This document shows positions 7,855 through 19,975 of a DNA stretch of 64,000 nt, piece after piece. The position numbers and the translations under genes were made by a program. Positions within the stretch are counted from its first letter, which is position 1. Each line of letters starts with the position of its first letter. Origin of the DNA: an uncultured beta proteobacterium (GTDB lineage: Bacteria > Pseudomonadota > Gammaproteobacteria > Burkholderiales > Burkholderiaceae_C). The stretch is from contig CAVTWY010000002.1 of assembly GCA_963738575.1 (NCBI GenBank), positions 233,798 through 297,797 of the forward strand, read 5' to 3'. The notes under the pieces were generated by a model that saw only the letters and a program-made list of their open reading frames with translations, was not told the DNA's origin and searched no databases.

Positions 7855-10452
7855 ATGCGACTTGACAAACTGACATCCCGCTTTCAAGAGGCGCTGGCCG
7901 ACGCCCAAAGCTTGGCCGTTAACGCCGACAACCCCTACATCGAGCCAGCGCACCTGCTGGCAGCCATGCTTTCGCAAGCCGACGGGCCTGGTGCCTTGAT
8001 CGACCGAGCCGGCGCCAAGGTGGCGGCCCTTCGAACAGCTGCGGACGTTGCCATGGCAGGCCTGCCACAGGTGCAAGGGCAAGGGCAGGTGGTGCAACCG
8101 GGCCGTGACTTGATGGCCTTGCTGCAGGGGGCCGAAAAAGAGGCCACCAAGCAGGGTGACCAATTCATCGCGAGCGAGATGTTTTTGCTGGCGCTTGCCG
8201 ACAGCAAATCCGATTTGGGCGGGGTCGTGCGCGGCCATGGGCTCACACGCAAGGCCCTCGAGTCCGCGATCCTGGCGGTGCGTGGCGGGCAAAAGGTGGA
8301 TTCGGCAGACGCGGAAGGCCAGCGCGAGGCTTTGAAGAAGTACACGCTTGACCTCACCGAGCGTGCTGAACGGGGCAAGCTCGACCCGGTGATTGGGCGT
8401 GACGACGAAATCCGCCGCGCCATCCAGGTGCTGCAACGACGTACCAAAAACAACCCGGTGTTGATTGGCGAACCAGGCGTTGGCAAGACGGCCATCGTGG
8501 AAGGCTTGGCCCAACGCATCGTCGCCGGCGAAGTGCCCGAATCACTCAAGAACAAGCGCGTGCTGGTGTTGGACATGGCTGGCCTGCTGGCGGGCGCCAA
8601 GTTTCGGGGAGAGTTTGAAGAGCGGCTCAAGGCCGTGCTCAAAGAAGTGGCCCAGGACGAGGGGCGCATCATTTTGTTCATTGACGAGTTGCACACGATG
8701 GTGGGTGCCGGCAAGGCAGAGGGCGCGATGGACGCTGGCAACATGCTCAAGCCAGCTCTGGCACGCGGCGAGTTGCATTGCATCGGCGCCACCACGCTCA
8801 ACGAGTACCGCAAATACGTCGAAAAAGACGCGGCACTTGAACGTCGGTTTCAAAAGGTGATGGTGCAAGAACCTTCGGTCGAGGACACCATCGCCATCTT
8901 GCGTGGCTTGCAGGAAAAGTACGAAGTGCACCATGGTGTCGAGATCACCGACCCGGCCATCGTCGCGGCCGCAGAGCTTTCAAACCGCTACATCACGGAC
9001 CGCTTTTTGCCTGACAAGGCCATCGACTTGATCGACGAAGCCGCTGCCAAAATCAAAATCGAGATTGACTCCAAACCCGAAGTGCTCGACAAGCTCCAGC
9101 GCCGCATGATTCAGCTCAAGATCGAGTTTGAAGCGGTCAAGAAAGAAAAAGACGAAGCGTCGCAGCGCCGCAAGCAGCTGATCGAAGAAGAACTGGCCAA
9201 GCTTCAGCGCGACTACAACGACCTGGAAGTGGTGTGGATGGCCGAGAAGGCCGCCGCGCAGGGCTCGGCCCACGTGAAAGAGGCCATCGATCGCATCAAG
9301 TTTCAGGTGGAAGAGCTGAAACGCAAGGGCGACTTTGACAAAGTGGCCGAACTGCAATACGGCCGTTTGCCAGAGCTTGAGGCCAAACTGCAAGAGGCTC
9401 ACGCCAAAGAAAGCAGCAAGGCCAAAGGCACAGGCGGCACGCCGCAGTTGCTGCGCACGATGGTGGGCGCCGAAGAAATTGCCGAGGTGGTGTCACGTGC
9501 CACGGGCATTCCTGTCAGCAAACTGATGCAGGGCGAGCGCGAAAAGCTGCTGCAAATGGAGGCCAAGCTGCACGAACGCGTGGTGGGCCAAGACGAAGCC
9601 ATCACGGCCGTGGCCGACGCCATCCGTCGCGCCAGGGCAGGCTTGTCAGACCCCAACCGACCCACGGGGTCGTTCTTGTTCTTGGGCCCCACTGGCGTTG
9701 GCAAGACCGAGCTTTGCAAGGCATTGGCTGGGTTCTTGTTTGACAGCGAAGACCACATGATCCGGGTCGACATGAGCGAGTTCATGGAGAAGCACTCAGT
9801 GAGCCGGCTCATCGGCGCGCCGCCCGGTTACGTGGGGTACGACGAAGGTGGCACGCTTACCGAGGCGGTGCGGCGCAAACCTTACAGCGTGATTCTTTTG
9901 GACGAAGTCGAGAAGGCACACCCCGATGTGTTCAACGTCTTGCTGCAAGTGCTGGACGACGGGCGCTTGACCGATGGGCAAGGGCGCACGGTTGACTTCA
10001 AGAACACGGTGATCGTGATGACCAGCAACCTGGGCTCATCCCTCATCATGCAAATGGCGGGGCAGTCGCACCAGCGCATCCATGATGCCGTTTGGGAGGA
10101 GGTGAAGCAACACTTCCGCCCCGAATTCTTGAACCGCATCGACGAGACGGTGGTGTTCCACGCCCTGGACGAAGGGCACATCCAGAACATCGCGCGCATT
10201 CAGTTGCGGCAGCTGGAGCTGCGTCTGGCCAAGATGGACATGAAGCTTGACGTGTCAGCACAAGCGTTGGCGGAGATTGCCAAGGTTGGGTTTGACCCTG
10301 TGTTTGGGGCGCGCCCACTGAAGCGGGCGATTCAACAGCGCATCGAGAACCCCGTGTCCAAGTTGATCTTGCAGGGCAAGTTTGGCCCCAACGACGTGAT
10401 TCCGGTGCAGGTCGACGGCGGTGTGTTTACGTTTGATCGCGTGGTGCATTGA
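7855..10452 (+). CDS. clpB: ATP-dependent disaggregase chaperone ClpB
   Basis: 865 aa from ATG 7855 ([14 protein letters not shown]). Two AAA+ Walker A boxes ([16 protein letters not shown]) and a long coiled-coil middle domain. The frame is intact throughout. Confidence 0.97.
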   Translation: MRLDKLTSRFQEALADAQSLAVNADNPYIEPAHLLAAMLSQADGPGALIDRAGAKVAALRTAADVAMAGLPQVQGQGQVVQPGRDLMALLQGAEKEATKQGDQFIASEMFLLALADSKSDLGGVVRGHGLTRKALESAILAVRGGQKVDSADAEGQREALKKYTLDLTERAERGKLDPVIGRDDEIRRAIQVLQRRTKNNPVLIGEPGVGKTAIVEGLAQRIVAGEVPESLKNKRVLVLDMAGLLAGAKFRGEFEERLKAVLKEVAQDEGRIILFIDELHTMVGAGKAEGAMDAGNMLKPALARGELHCIGATTLNEYRKYVEKDAALERRFQKVMVQEPSVEDTIAILRGLQEKYEVHHGVEITDPAIVAAAELSNRYITDRFLPDKAIDLIDEAAAKIKIEIDSKPEVLDKLQRRMIQLKIEFEAVKKEKDEASQRRKQLIEEELAKLQRDYNDLEVVWMAEKAAAQGSAHVKEAIDRIKFQVEELKRKGDFDKVAELQYGRLPELEAKLQEAHAKESSKAKGTGGTPQLLRTMVGAEEIAEVVSRATGIPVSKLMQGEREKLLQMEAKLHERVVGQDEAITAVADAIRRARAGLSDPNRPTGSFLFLGPTGVGKTELCKALAGFLFDSEDHMIRVDMSEFMEKHSVSRLIGAPPGYVGYDEGGTLTEAVRRKPYSVILLDEVEKAHPDVFNVLLQVLDDGRLTDGQGRTVDFKNTVIVMTSNLGSSLIMQMAGQSHQRIHDAVWEEVKQHFRPEFLNRIDETVVFHALDEGHIQNIARIQLRQLELRLAKMDMKLDVSAQALAEIAKVGFDPVFGARPLKRAIQQRIENPVSKLILQGKFGPNDVIPVQVDGGVFTFDRVVH

Positions 10453-10491
10453 CGGGTGATGGGCCCGTCGTGCTGAGGCCTCAGAGGGCGG

Positions 10492-12213
10492 CTAACGCTG
10501 CCCGTACGCTGCAATCTCGGTGTCTTGCGATTTGACCATGCCTGCAGCGAGTCGTTGCAGCTTGATTTGCACCATCGCCGGGTTGGTTTGCGCTTTGTCA
10601 AGAATGCCCACAAAGGCCAGTGTTGGGTGCGAGGGCAATGCGCAAACCACCAGGTGGTGCGTTTCGTAGGTCATGGAGGCCTCTGGCAGGCGCCCGGGCA
10701 AGGCCAAGGTCATGGCTGCAGCGCGCATGGCATTGATCAAACGCGTGCCCTCTGAAGCCCATGAAACGACGTTGTCTACACCATGGCTGACAACGGTTTG
10801 CCGTGCTTGAACGTCGACGATGCCACAGCGTTGCATGCCTTTGATTTGGGCGCAGTGGTCGTGAAAGGCGATCAGCTCGGGGGTTGGCTTTGTGGCGCTT
10901 GGTGCGGGATGGGATGACGCTGGGGCAACCGTTGTTGCCGCCAATGCCTTGGCACTTGCTGGTGAGCCTGTCGCGAGCGCAGCAGCCGTCATGCCTTGGG
11001 CAGGAGGCGCACCCGCTGCAACCTCCGCGTGCAACGTTGGCCACGCGTCGTTGCTGCTTGCGCCCATCACCTGGGCGAAGGCGTTTGGCGGGGCCTCGGG
11101 CCCAGCGGGCGGCGCGGTGACCGGTGTCCACGCAGGGGCACGTGCGACGGTGTCTGGCATGGTGGGGCGCCCGACACTGACTGACTGCGCCGCCTTTTGT
11201 TGTGGCTGGGGCGGCGCAGGGTCAACCACTTGCGACAGGGCGCTGGTCGCCGTTTTCGACTTGCCGTGGGCTGCCATCTCGAGGTGGCGACGAAGTTCAT
11301 CTGCCGTTGCGCGGCCCGAAGCCACACGTTCGGCGAGTCGGGCGGCTGACAATGCGGAGGAGGCGGCGTCGTTGGCACGGGTGGGGTCGGACAACAACAT
11401 GGCGCGTGCATCGCCGGCTTCGGCCGCTTCGCGCGTCACAACATTCCACGTGCTGCGCAAGTGATTCCAGGCGTCCACGGGCCGGGCTACCGCAGGCGCA
11501 ATGCGGATGTCCATTTTCTTGATGTGATTCAAGTGAGCCGTGATTGACGCCAACGCTTTGATCTCTCGCAGCGGCAACATCAACATGCTGCGGTTGGACC
11601 ACATGGCTTGTGAGATGGCATCTTTGACCGAGCCCAGCGAGATGGCGAGTGCCTGCGCTTGCGCATCGGCGGCAATCATCACCACGGCGAGGCGACTTCG
11701 GCCGAGCAAGATGTTGGCCAACTGGCGGCCAGCTTTTGCGTCGGGCTCGGTTGCTGCTGTGCTGTAGATCCGCAGGGAGCTCGATGCACGTCCATCACCA
11801 TCGCAGGTGGGTAAATCTACAAAGTGCAAAGTGGCCAAGGTGTCACCGTAACCCTGGCGCCGAATGGCCAAGTGCTGAACGGGCGCGTGCATGGCCGCAG
11901 CGACACCCGCCAAGAATCGGCGCGACGTTTGGCTGCCAACGTCATGCAGGGCGATGTGCGTTCTGCTAGCAACATCAAACTGCACCCGCATGGCCTCGGC
12001 AGCGTCACAAACGACGGACAGTTCCCATCGCTTTTCGCCCACGCGCTTGCCGATGTCATGGGGTTGAGGCGTCCAGGTTTGTACCGATCCGGGCGGTTGC
12101 GACGAATGCGACAGCGACGCCGGGCTGGACGTGGAGTCCAGCAGCGAAGAGGGTCGCGTGGTGGGGTCGCCCAAAGGCCCCCACGACGTCATGTCCTGGA
12201 TCTTGGTGGGCAT
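10492..12213 (-). CDS. Uncharacterised protein, paralogue A: conserved alpha/beta-like middle block, Ala/Pro-rich linker, Roadblock/LC7-like C-terminal block
   Basis: 573-aa ORF with coding-like composition. It shares two sequence blocks with ORF 15197..16357 (see findings). I recognised no catalytic motif. Confidence 0.7.
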   Translation of the reverse strand: MPTKIQDMTSWGPLGDPTTRPSSLLDSTSSPASLSHSSQPPGSVQTWTPQPHDIGKRVGEKRWELSVVCDAAEAMRVQFDVASRTHIALHDVGSQTSRRFLAGVAAAMHAPVQHLAIRRQGYGDTLATLHFVDLPTCDGDGRASSSLRIYSTAATEPDAKAGRQLANILLGRSRLAVVMIAADAQAQALAISLGSVKDAISQAMWSNRSMLMLPLREIKALASITAHLNHIKKMDIRIAPAVARPVDAWNHLRSTWNVVTREAAEAGDARAMLLSDPTRANDAASSALSAARLAERVASGRATADELRRHLEMAAHGKSKTATSALSQVVDPAPPQPQQKAAQSVSVGRPTMPDTVARAPAWTPVTAPPAGPEAPPNAFAQVMGASSNDAWPTLHAEVAAGAPPAQGMTAAALATGSPASAKALAATTVAPASSHPAPSATKPTPELIAFHDHCAQIKGMQRCGIVDVQARQTVVSHGVDNVVSWASEGTRLINAMRAAAMTLALPGRLPEASMTYETHHLVVCALPSHPTLAFVGILDKAQTNPAMVQIKLQRLAAGMVKSQDTEIAAYGQR

Positions 12214-12280
12214 GCAACAAGTTTAGCGGTGGCAACAAGCGTCACAGCATGTTCGATGCGCCATTGCCGCACTCCGTAGA

Positions 12281-13912
12281 ATGCCAAACATGACTTCTTC
12301 CACATCTCAAGCCAACATGCTGCCCGTGGTCGTTGTGGGCGCTGGTTTGGCTGGGCTGACGGTGGCTCTCAACCTGGCCGAAACACGTCAGGTGCTGGTC
12401 TTGGCCAAACGCAGACTCAACGAGGGCGCTACCGCCTGGGCACAAGGGGGCATCGTTGGGGTTTTGGGCAGCGACGACAGCATCGAATCGCATGTCAACG
12501 ACACCATGGAGGCAGGTGCCGGGTTGGTTGAAGAGGGCACCGCCCGATTCATTGCCACCCACAGCGCGCAGGCCATTCAGTGGTTGGTTGACCAGGGCGT
12601 TGCCTTTTCGCCCGATCCCGATGGTCCTCTGGGTTTGCACCTCACCCGTGAAGGAGGTCATGCCGTGCGCCGCATTGCCCATGCCGCCGATGCCACCGGT
12701 TGGGCCATTCACCAAGCCTTGCTAAAAAAGTGCAGCGAGCACCCAAACATCACCATGCGAGAGCAATGGATGGCGGTCGACATCATCACATCACGACACC
12801 TGAAGCGACACGAGCGGCCGCGTTGTTATGGGGTGTACGCACTCGACATCGAGTCGCGCAAAGTGCACACGCTGGTCAGCGACGCGGTGGTGCTGGCCAC
12901 CGGCGGCGTGGGCAAGGTGTATCGCTACACCAGCAACCCTGACACCGCCACAGGGGACGGTATTGCCATGGCATGGCGCGCAGGTTGCCGGGTTGGCAAC
13001 ATGGAATTCATTCAATTCCACCCGACGTGCCTTTACCACCCCCAAGAGCGCAGCTTTTTGATCACCGAGGCGCTGCGGGGCGAGGGCGCGTACTTGAAGC
13101 TGCCTGATGGCACGCGCTTCATGCAATCGCATGACGATCGTGGTGAGCTGGCACCCCGCGATGTGGTGGCGCGTGCGATTGACTTTGAGATGAAGAAGCA
13201 GGGCCTGGACCACGTTTGGCTGGACGCCACACACCTGGGTGAACCATTTTTGAAAGCGCACTTTCCGACAATTCATGCGCGGTGTTTGAGCCTGGGCATT
13301 GACATCGCTAAAAGCCCGATCCCGGTGGTGCCAGCAGCGCACTACACCTGCGGCGGTGTTGTGACCGATTTGTCAGGCCACACCGATTTGCCCAACCTCT
13401 TCGCCGTGGGCGAGGCCACTTACACCGGACTGCACGGCGCCAATCGACTGGCCAGCAACTCATTGCTTGAGTGTGCCGTGGTGGGTCGCACCTGCGCAGA
13501 TGCTATTTTGTCGCAAACGGCAAGCGAGAGACTCACATTGCCGCCTTGGGACGAAAGCCAGGTGGAAGACGCGGACGAGCAGGTGGTGATTGCTCACAAC
13601 TGGGACGAGCTGCGTTTGATGATGTGGAACTACGTCTCGATCGTGCGCACCACCAAGCGGCTTGACCGAGCCCAGCATCGGATCAAACTGCTTCGCGACG
13701 AGATTCAAGAGTACTACGCCAACTTTCGCATCACGCGCGACTTGCTCGAGCTGCGAAATCTGGTGGACTGCGCTGACTTGATCGTGCAGTCTGCGCTGGC
13801 GAGGCGCGAAAGCCGAGGCCTGCATCACTCACTCGACTATCCCTACACCTTGCCTGTTAGTTACCCCACCGTGCTCGCGCCGTCCAGTGGGGGGCTGCGC
13901 GGCGGCGATTGA
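12281..13912 (+). CDS. nadB: L-aspartate oxidase NadB
   Basis: 543 aa with an N-terminal FAD fold (VVVVGAGLAGL) and succinate-dehydrogenase/fumarate-reductase-like blocks (HPTC, RGEGAYL, HGANRLASNSLLE). Confidence 0.95.
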   Translation: MPNMTSSTSQANMLPVVVVGAGLAGLTVALNLAETRQVLVLAKRRLNEGATAWAQGGIVGVLGSDDSIESHVNDTMEAGAGLVEEGTARFIATHSAQAIQWLVDQGVAFSPDPDGPLGLHLTREGGHAVRRIAHAADATGWAIHQALLKKCSEHPNITMREQWMAVDIITSRHLKRHERPRCYGVYALDIESRKVHTLVSDAVVLATGGVGKVYRYTSNPDTATGDGIAMAWRAGCRVGNMEFIQFHPTCLYHPQERSFLITEALRGEGAYLKLPDGTRFMQSHDDRGELAPRDVVARAIDFEMKKQGLDHVWLDATHLGEPFLKAHFPTIHARCLSLGIDIAKSPIPVVPAAHYTCGGVVTDLSGHTDLPNLFAVGEATYTGLHGANRLASNSLLECAVVGRTCADAILSQTASERLTLPPWDESQVEDADEQVVIAHNWDELRLMMWNYVSIVRTTKRLDRAQHRIKLLRDEIQEYYANFRITRDLLELRNLVDCADLIVQSALARRESRGLHHSLDYPYTLPVSYPTVLAPSSGGLRGGD

Positions 13913-13943
13913 TCACCGGTTGCGGCGGGGACGCAGCGAAGGG

Positions 13944-15056
13944 TCAGGCCGAGCCGATGTTGGGCACAAAACCACGGACGGGTTGCGTGATCTTGCTTGG
14001 GTTGGCCTTGACAAAGTCGAGCATGCGGTTGATGCACCCCAGTGCTTTGCGCCCTGTGGGCCCATCCACCTGAACTTCGTTGAGCCCTTGGGCAAGCACG
14101 CGTTCGATGCCTTGCAGCGCATTCATGGCCATCCAGGGGCAATGGGCACAGCTTTTGCATGTGGCGCTGTTGCCAGCCGTCGGAGCCTCCAGCAGCGTCT
14201 TGCCCGGAGCCAGCTGACGCATGCGGTGCAAGATGCCGTTGTCGGTGGCCACGATGTAGGTTTTTGCTTGGCCTTCCACCACGGCCTTGATCAACTGCGA
14301 GGTCGACCCCACCACATGCGCCTGCTGCACCACGCTCTCGGGTGACTCGGGGTGCACCAACACCAAGGCTTCGGGGTGTTCGCGCCGCAACAGCTCCAGC
14401 TCAACCCCTTTGAATTCGTCGTGCACGATGCACTCGCCGTTCCACATCAACATGTCGGCGCCGGTGTGGTCTTTGATGTAGCGCCCCAGGTGCCGGTCGG
14501 GGGCCCAAAGCACCTTTTCACCCTGGGCATGCAGATGCTCGACGATGGCCACGGCGCAGGAGCTGGTCACCATCCAGTCGGCGCGCGCTTTGACGGCCGC
14601 GCTGGTGTTGGCATACACCACCACCTTGCGGTCAGGGTGCGCATCGCAGAACTTGGCAAAGTCGTCGGGCGGGCATCCCAGATCCAAAGAGCAAGTGGCT
14701 TCCAAATCGGGCATCAGCACGCGCTTTTCAGGCGAGAGAATTTTGGCCGTTTCGCCCATGAATCGCACACCACAAACCACCAACGTTTGGGCGCTGTGGT
14801 CGCGGCCAAAGCGTGCCATTTCCAGTGAGTCCGAGACCATGCCGCCCGTTTCAAGGGCCAAGTCTTGAATGTCCCCGTCCACGTAGTAGTGGGCGACCAG
14901 CACCGCGTTTTGCTCTTTTAAAAGTGCCTTGATTTGTGCCTTGTCGTGAAGGCGCTGCTCGGGGCTGCGCGTGGCAGGCACCGTGGCCCAAGCCGACGCT
15001 GTACGGCTCTTGCCGGCGGCGTCTTGACGGGTGAAATCAAACAGTACTTGAGTCAT
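13944..15056 (-). CDS. nadA: Quinolinate synthase NadA
   Basis: NadA blocks ([37 protein letters not shown]). The maximal ORF reaches 15119; ATG 15056 (MTQVLFDF) is the likelier start. Confidence 0.93.
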   Translation of the reverse strand: MTQVLFDFTRQDAAGKSRTASAWATVPATRSPEQRLHDKAQIKALLKEQNAVLVAHYYVDGDIQDLALETGGMVSDSLEMARFGRDHSAQTLVVCGVRFMGETAKILSPEKRVLMPDLEATCSLDLGCPPDDFAKFCDAHPDRKVVVYANTSAAVKARADWMVTSSCAVAIVEHLHAQGEKVLWAPDRHLGRYIKDHTGADMLMWNGECIVHDEFKGVELELLRREHPEALVLVHPESPESVVQQAHVVGSTSQLIKAVVEGQAKTYIVATDNGILHRMRQLAPGKTLLEAPTAGNSATCKSCAHCPWMAMNALQGIERVLAQGLNEVQVDGPTGRKALGCINRMLDFVKANPSKITQPVRGFVPNIGSA

Positions 15057-15196
15057 CGCAGCGGCTCGCATCAAAGCCCACAAGTCGGGGCGGATGCCGA
15101 ATCTTAAAGGTTGAGGCAATCGCGGGTGCCAAGCACATGGTGTGCAGTGTGGCGCTCCGCCAGACCGTCACTTTTTGTCCCGCGACAATGGGCTTG

Positions 15197-16357
15197 TCAA
15201 TCGAGTGCGCGATGAGCGTCAGCAATCTTCAGGCGGGCCAAGGTCAAGTTGGAACGTGCCGGATCGATTTTTGCAAAAAGGAAAAATTCGGGCAGTCGTT
15301 TGCCCGGACGAACCACGAACTGATCGGTTCCAGCACACAGCACGATTTCATCCAACGGCGCTGCGCCGTCGAGCCGTTGCCACCCGTCTTGATGCCCACG
15401 CAGTGTTGAGGCCAGCGCTGCGGACACTTGCCGCAAATCCAGCGAGGCGTCGTGTGACTCGCCGACGACCAGCGTGCCACTTTGGCATTCCGCCACGGCA
15501 CACCCCAAGATGCCTGGGGTGCCCATCAGGTTGCGCAGCTCTCGGCCCATGATTCGCCCTTGTTCGAGCACCTGCATGCGCGTCAGCGTTTGATCCGGAA
15601 CCAGCGAGAGATCGTGCCTGTCCCATGCCATCAACAGTGCGTTCCAAGTTCGGGCCGGCGACGGGCTTGGTTCGTCAACCACGTCCACTTGCACGTCACC
15701 AGGCCATTCGGTGTCGCGGATGCGCGCTTCCGCCCATGCGGTTTCGGGTGACAAGACGAACAAGAGGGTGGGGCAGCGCCAGTGGGTTGACTGCGTGGCG
15801 GCGGCGAGCTTGGCCAGCATATCGTCCAGGTCTGCGGCAGGCATCGGCGCCACCACGACCGCCGCCAGGCTGCTGCTTTCCATCAACACCATCGGCATGC
15901 TGGGGCTGTCATCTTCGGGCGCACGTTCGCCTTGCCAAGGTGGCACGTCGGCGTGGTAGAGCTTGAGCGAGGCGTCGCCGCGACGGGGCACGACCACGCG
16001 CTCGAGCGTTGCCATCACATGTTGCGACGCGTGGTGGCGAATGTTCAGCCTCTGCACTGGGTGGCCGGTGGCCTCGCTAAGGTTTTGAATCAGACGCGGG
16101 GCCAGGTGATGGTGAGTGTCCAGCAACGTGACGACGTGGTGACCCTCATCGGGCGGCAACTTGGCCAAATGAGACCGCATGGCCTGTGCTGGCGACCCAC
16201 TCACAAACAGGTCTTGCTGAAAGGGATCAACACCACGGTCTGTGCTGACACCTGGGCCCTTGGGGAAGGGGTAGATGCGCGTGGCCTGGAAACCCTCGCG
16301 GGGCCGTGCAGCGTCGATGGGCGCTGGCGTCAACTCACCAAAAAGTGACTTCAACAT
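15197..16357 (-). CDS. Uncharacterised protein, paralogue B of 10492..12213 (no low-complexity linker)
   Basis: About 386 aa from ATG 16357 (MLKSLFGEL); the maximal ORF reaches 16588. The middle and C-terminal blocks align by eye with paralogue A. Confidence 0.7.
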   Translation of the reverse strand: MLKSLFGELTPAPIDAARPREGFQATRIYPFPKGPGVSTDRGVDPFQQDLFVSGSPAQAMRSHLAKLPPDEGHHVVTLLDTHHHLAPRLIQNLSEATGHPVQRLNIRHHASQHVMATLERVVVPRRGDASLKLYHADVPPWQGERAPEDDSPSMPMVLMESSSLAAVVVAPMPAADLDDMLAKLAAATQSTHWRCPTLLFVLSPETAWAEARIRDTEWPGDVQVDVVDEPSPSPARTWNALLMAWDRHDLSLVPDQTLTRMQVLEQGRIMGRELRNLMGTPGILGCAVAECQSGTLVVGESHDASLDLRQVSAALASTLRGHQDGWQRLDGAAPLDEIVLCAGTDQFVVRPGKRLPEFFLFAKIDPARSNLTLARLKIADAHRALD

Positions 16358-16483
16358 GGTTGGATTGTCACTTGCAAAGCGCGCGCAAAGTTGCTTTGTC
16401 GCCGGTGCAGAGAGGGTGGCGCGCACAGTCGTGGCTTTTGCGCCGCACCATGGGGCATAGGGCACTTGGCCTGTCGGTATAGG

Positions 16484-17746
16484 ATGTTGGCAATGAATGC
16501 CGCCAACGCCTCCATCGCATCGCCCGCCAGCGATGCCAAAACCATTGCCCTGGTGGGCTTGGCACATGGCACATCTCATTTCTTCCACATGTTGTTGCCT
16601 CCCTTGTTCCCACTGTTTGCCAGGGATTTCGGGGTTTCGTACGCACAGCTTGGTTTGCTGGTGTCAGTGTTTTTCATCATCTCCGGCATTGGTCAAGCGC
16701 TATCAGGCTTTGTCGTCGACCGGTTCGGTGCGCGTCCGGCGCTGTTTGCCGCGTTGACAGCCTTTGTTGCAGCGGCGCTGACGGGTGCGGCGGCGCAAGG
16801 TTTGCCGGGCTTGGTGGTTGCAGCGGCTTTGGCGGGGCTGGGCAATTCGCCCTTTCACCCCGTTGACTTCACCATCCTCAACAAGCGTGTTTCACAGGCG
16901 CGACTGGGGCACGCGTTTTCGGCCCATGGCATTTCGGGCAATCTGGGTTGGGCGGTTGCACCCATCGTGTTGTTGGGCGTCACTGCCGCCTTGGGGTCGT
17001 GGCGGTATGCCCTGTTGGTAGCCGCTGCTTGGGCAGCCGCCGTGCTGGCTTTGATGATCTGGCAGCGCGATGCCATTGATGACAGGGCGTTAAGTGCCAT
17101 GGCCGCCGAGCGAGCCCAGGGCGCTGCCAACGCTGCATCAGTCCATCCCTTGGCGTTTTTGAAGCTGCCAGCCATTTGGCTCTGCTTCTCGTTCTTCTTT
17201 TGGTCTACCGCTGCTTTGAGCGCCATGCAAGGGTTTGCCTGCCCTGCCATGCAGGTGATCTACGGTTTGCCATTGACGGTGACGGCCTACGTGGTCACGG
17301 GCTACATGGTTTGTGGCGCACTGGGCATGGTGATGGGTGGGTTCTTGACGTCTAAGTCGGCGTCATTGGAGCGACTCATCGCCATCGGTTTTTGTGCAGC
17401 GGCCGCGCTGTTGGCTGTGGTGGGGTTCGGTGTGTTGCCACCCATGGTTGCGGTGGCGACGGCCTCTTTGGCTGGGTTTGCTACGGGCCTGGCCGGGCCG
17501 TCGCGCGACATGCTCATCAAGCGCGCTGCGCCGCCGGGCGCCACGGGCCGTGTTTATGGCGCCGTGTACTCGGGCCTCGACCTCGGCTTTGCACTGGCGG
17601 CGCCTTTTTTTGGTGCCATCCTGGATCGCGGCATGCCTTCCTGGGTCTTTTATGGCGCCGGTGCCATGTTGATGATTGGCGTCGCTTCGGCGGCGATGGT
17701 CGGGGTGCAGTTGCGCCCGCGTGTCAGGGCGACGGCGTCAACCTGA
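16484..17746 (+). CDS. MFS transporter
   Basis: About 420 aa with roughly 12 hydrophobic segments and Gly/Ala-rich helices. The start at 16484 or 16493 is preferred over the maximal ORF at 16391. Confidence 0.8.
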   Translation: MLAMNAANASIASPASDAKTIALVGLAHGTSHFFHMLLPPLFPLFARDFGVSYAQLGLLVSVFFIISGIGQALSGFVVDRFGARPALFAALTAFVAAALTGAAAQGLPGLVVAAALAGLGNSPFHPVDFTILNKRVSQARLGHAFSAHGISGNLGWAVAPIVLLGVTAALGSWRYALLVAAAWAAAVLALMIWQRDAIDDRALSAMAAERAQGAANAASVHPLAFLKLPAIWLCFSFFFWSTAALSAMQGFACPAMQVIYGLPLTVTAYVVTGYMVCGALGMVMGGFLTSKSASLERLIAIGFCAAAALLAVVGFGVLPPMVAVATASLAGFATGLAGPSRDMLIKRAAPPGATGRVYGAVYSGLDLGFALAAPFFGAILDRGMPSWVFYGAGAMLMIGVASAAMVGVQLRPRVRATAST

Positions 17747-17775
17747 CGTTGCGTTGCTTTCAACGGCCTGTCAGG

Positions 17776-18375
17776 TCACTTGCAGGATGATGTGGCGATC
17801 TCGCGCGACCTTGCCATTTCACTGGCGCGCTGCGCATCGTCTAAGTACTCACGTTCGCCCTTTTCATTGAAGCGCGAAACCCTGCCACCCGACTCCAGCC
17901 CGGCAACGTTGGCGCGGGCGCGCACGCAATTTTCTTTTTGCGCTGCGGCCTGTTGATCCTCTTGCGCCTTGCGCTGGTCTTTGGTGTCTTGCTCCGCTTT
18001 TTTGCGCGCAGCTTCCATCTCGCGCTCTTTCAAGCTGGCCTCGGGTTTGGCGGGTGTGGCTGCTGGTTTGGCAGCGTCTGATGAGGACGTCGCCGCGACC
18101 ACGGTGTTGCGTGTTGCAGGCGGCGGAGCCGGCTGCGAAAGGATGTCCCGCGGCTGAACGCTGGAAGGTGGTGGACGATCACTCCAGTTCAGACGTCCTT
18201 GCGCGTCGCGCCATTGGTACTGCGCGTGCACGTCCGATGGCCATGCCATGAGGCACAAGGCGGCAAGCAGCAGAGAAGGCAACAGTCTGGGGGTCAAAAT
18301 GGGATGCTCCAGGATGGCCTGAAGTGTAGGCACGGAATGCCCTTGGCGGGCATGGCAAGTCGCGTCGCAATTCAC
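17776..18375 (-). CDS. DUF4124 domain protein (secreted, Lys/Glu/Ala-rich)
   Basis: Signal-like [21 protein letters not shown] followed by [17 protein letters not shown], the DUF4124 signature. The true start may be the TTG at about 18297. Confidence 0.7.
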   Translation of the reverse strand: MNCDATCHARQGHSVPTLQAILEHPILTPRLLPSLLLAALCLMAWPSDVHAQYQWRDAQGRLNWSDRPPPSSVQPRDILSQPAPPPATRNTVVAATSSSDAAKPAATPAKPEASLKEREMEAARKKAEQDTKDQRKAQEDQQAAAQKENCVRARANVAGLESGGRVSRFNEKGEREYLDDAQRASEMARSREIATSSCK

Positions 18376-18411
18376 GGTCCGTATAATCTTGTTTTGAGCC
18401 CGGAGCTTTTC

Positions 18412-19882
<1,471 letters not shown>

Positions 19883-19917
19883 CGACAACCCAGCGGGCGT
19901 TAAGCCTGCGGCCGGCA

Positions 19918-19975
19918 GCCAGGCGGCGGTCCCGACCATGGCCAGGCGGCGGTACCTGAGCATGGCCAGGCGGCC
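19918..19975 (+). repeat. Three direct copies of GCCAGGCGGC(GGT) at 23-24-nt spacing
   Basis: Copies at 19918-19930, 19941-19953 and 19965-19974; the last two are each preceded by CATG. They sit immediately upstream of the MFS start at 19976. Confidence 0.6.

Noticed and set aside
7681-8813. 277-aa and 292-aa minus-strand ORFs
   Set aside because: Both are antisense to clpB, so they are shadow ORFs.
15057-15196. NAD-responsive (nadA-motif) riboswitch in the nadA leader
   Set aside because: The 140-nt leader shows no tandem conserved bulged-stem pattern that I can recognise, and that motif is known mainly from Acidobacteria. The evidence is insufficient.
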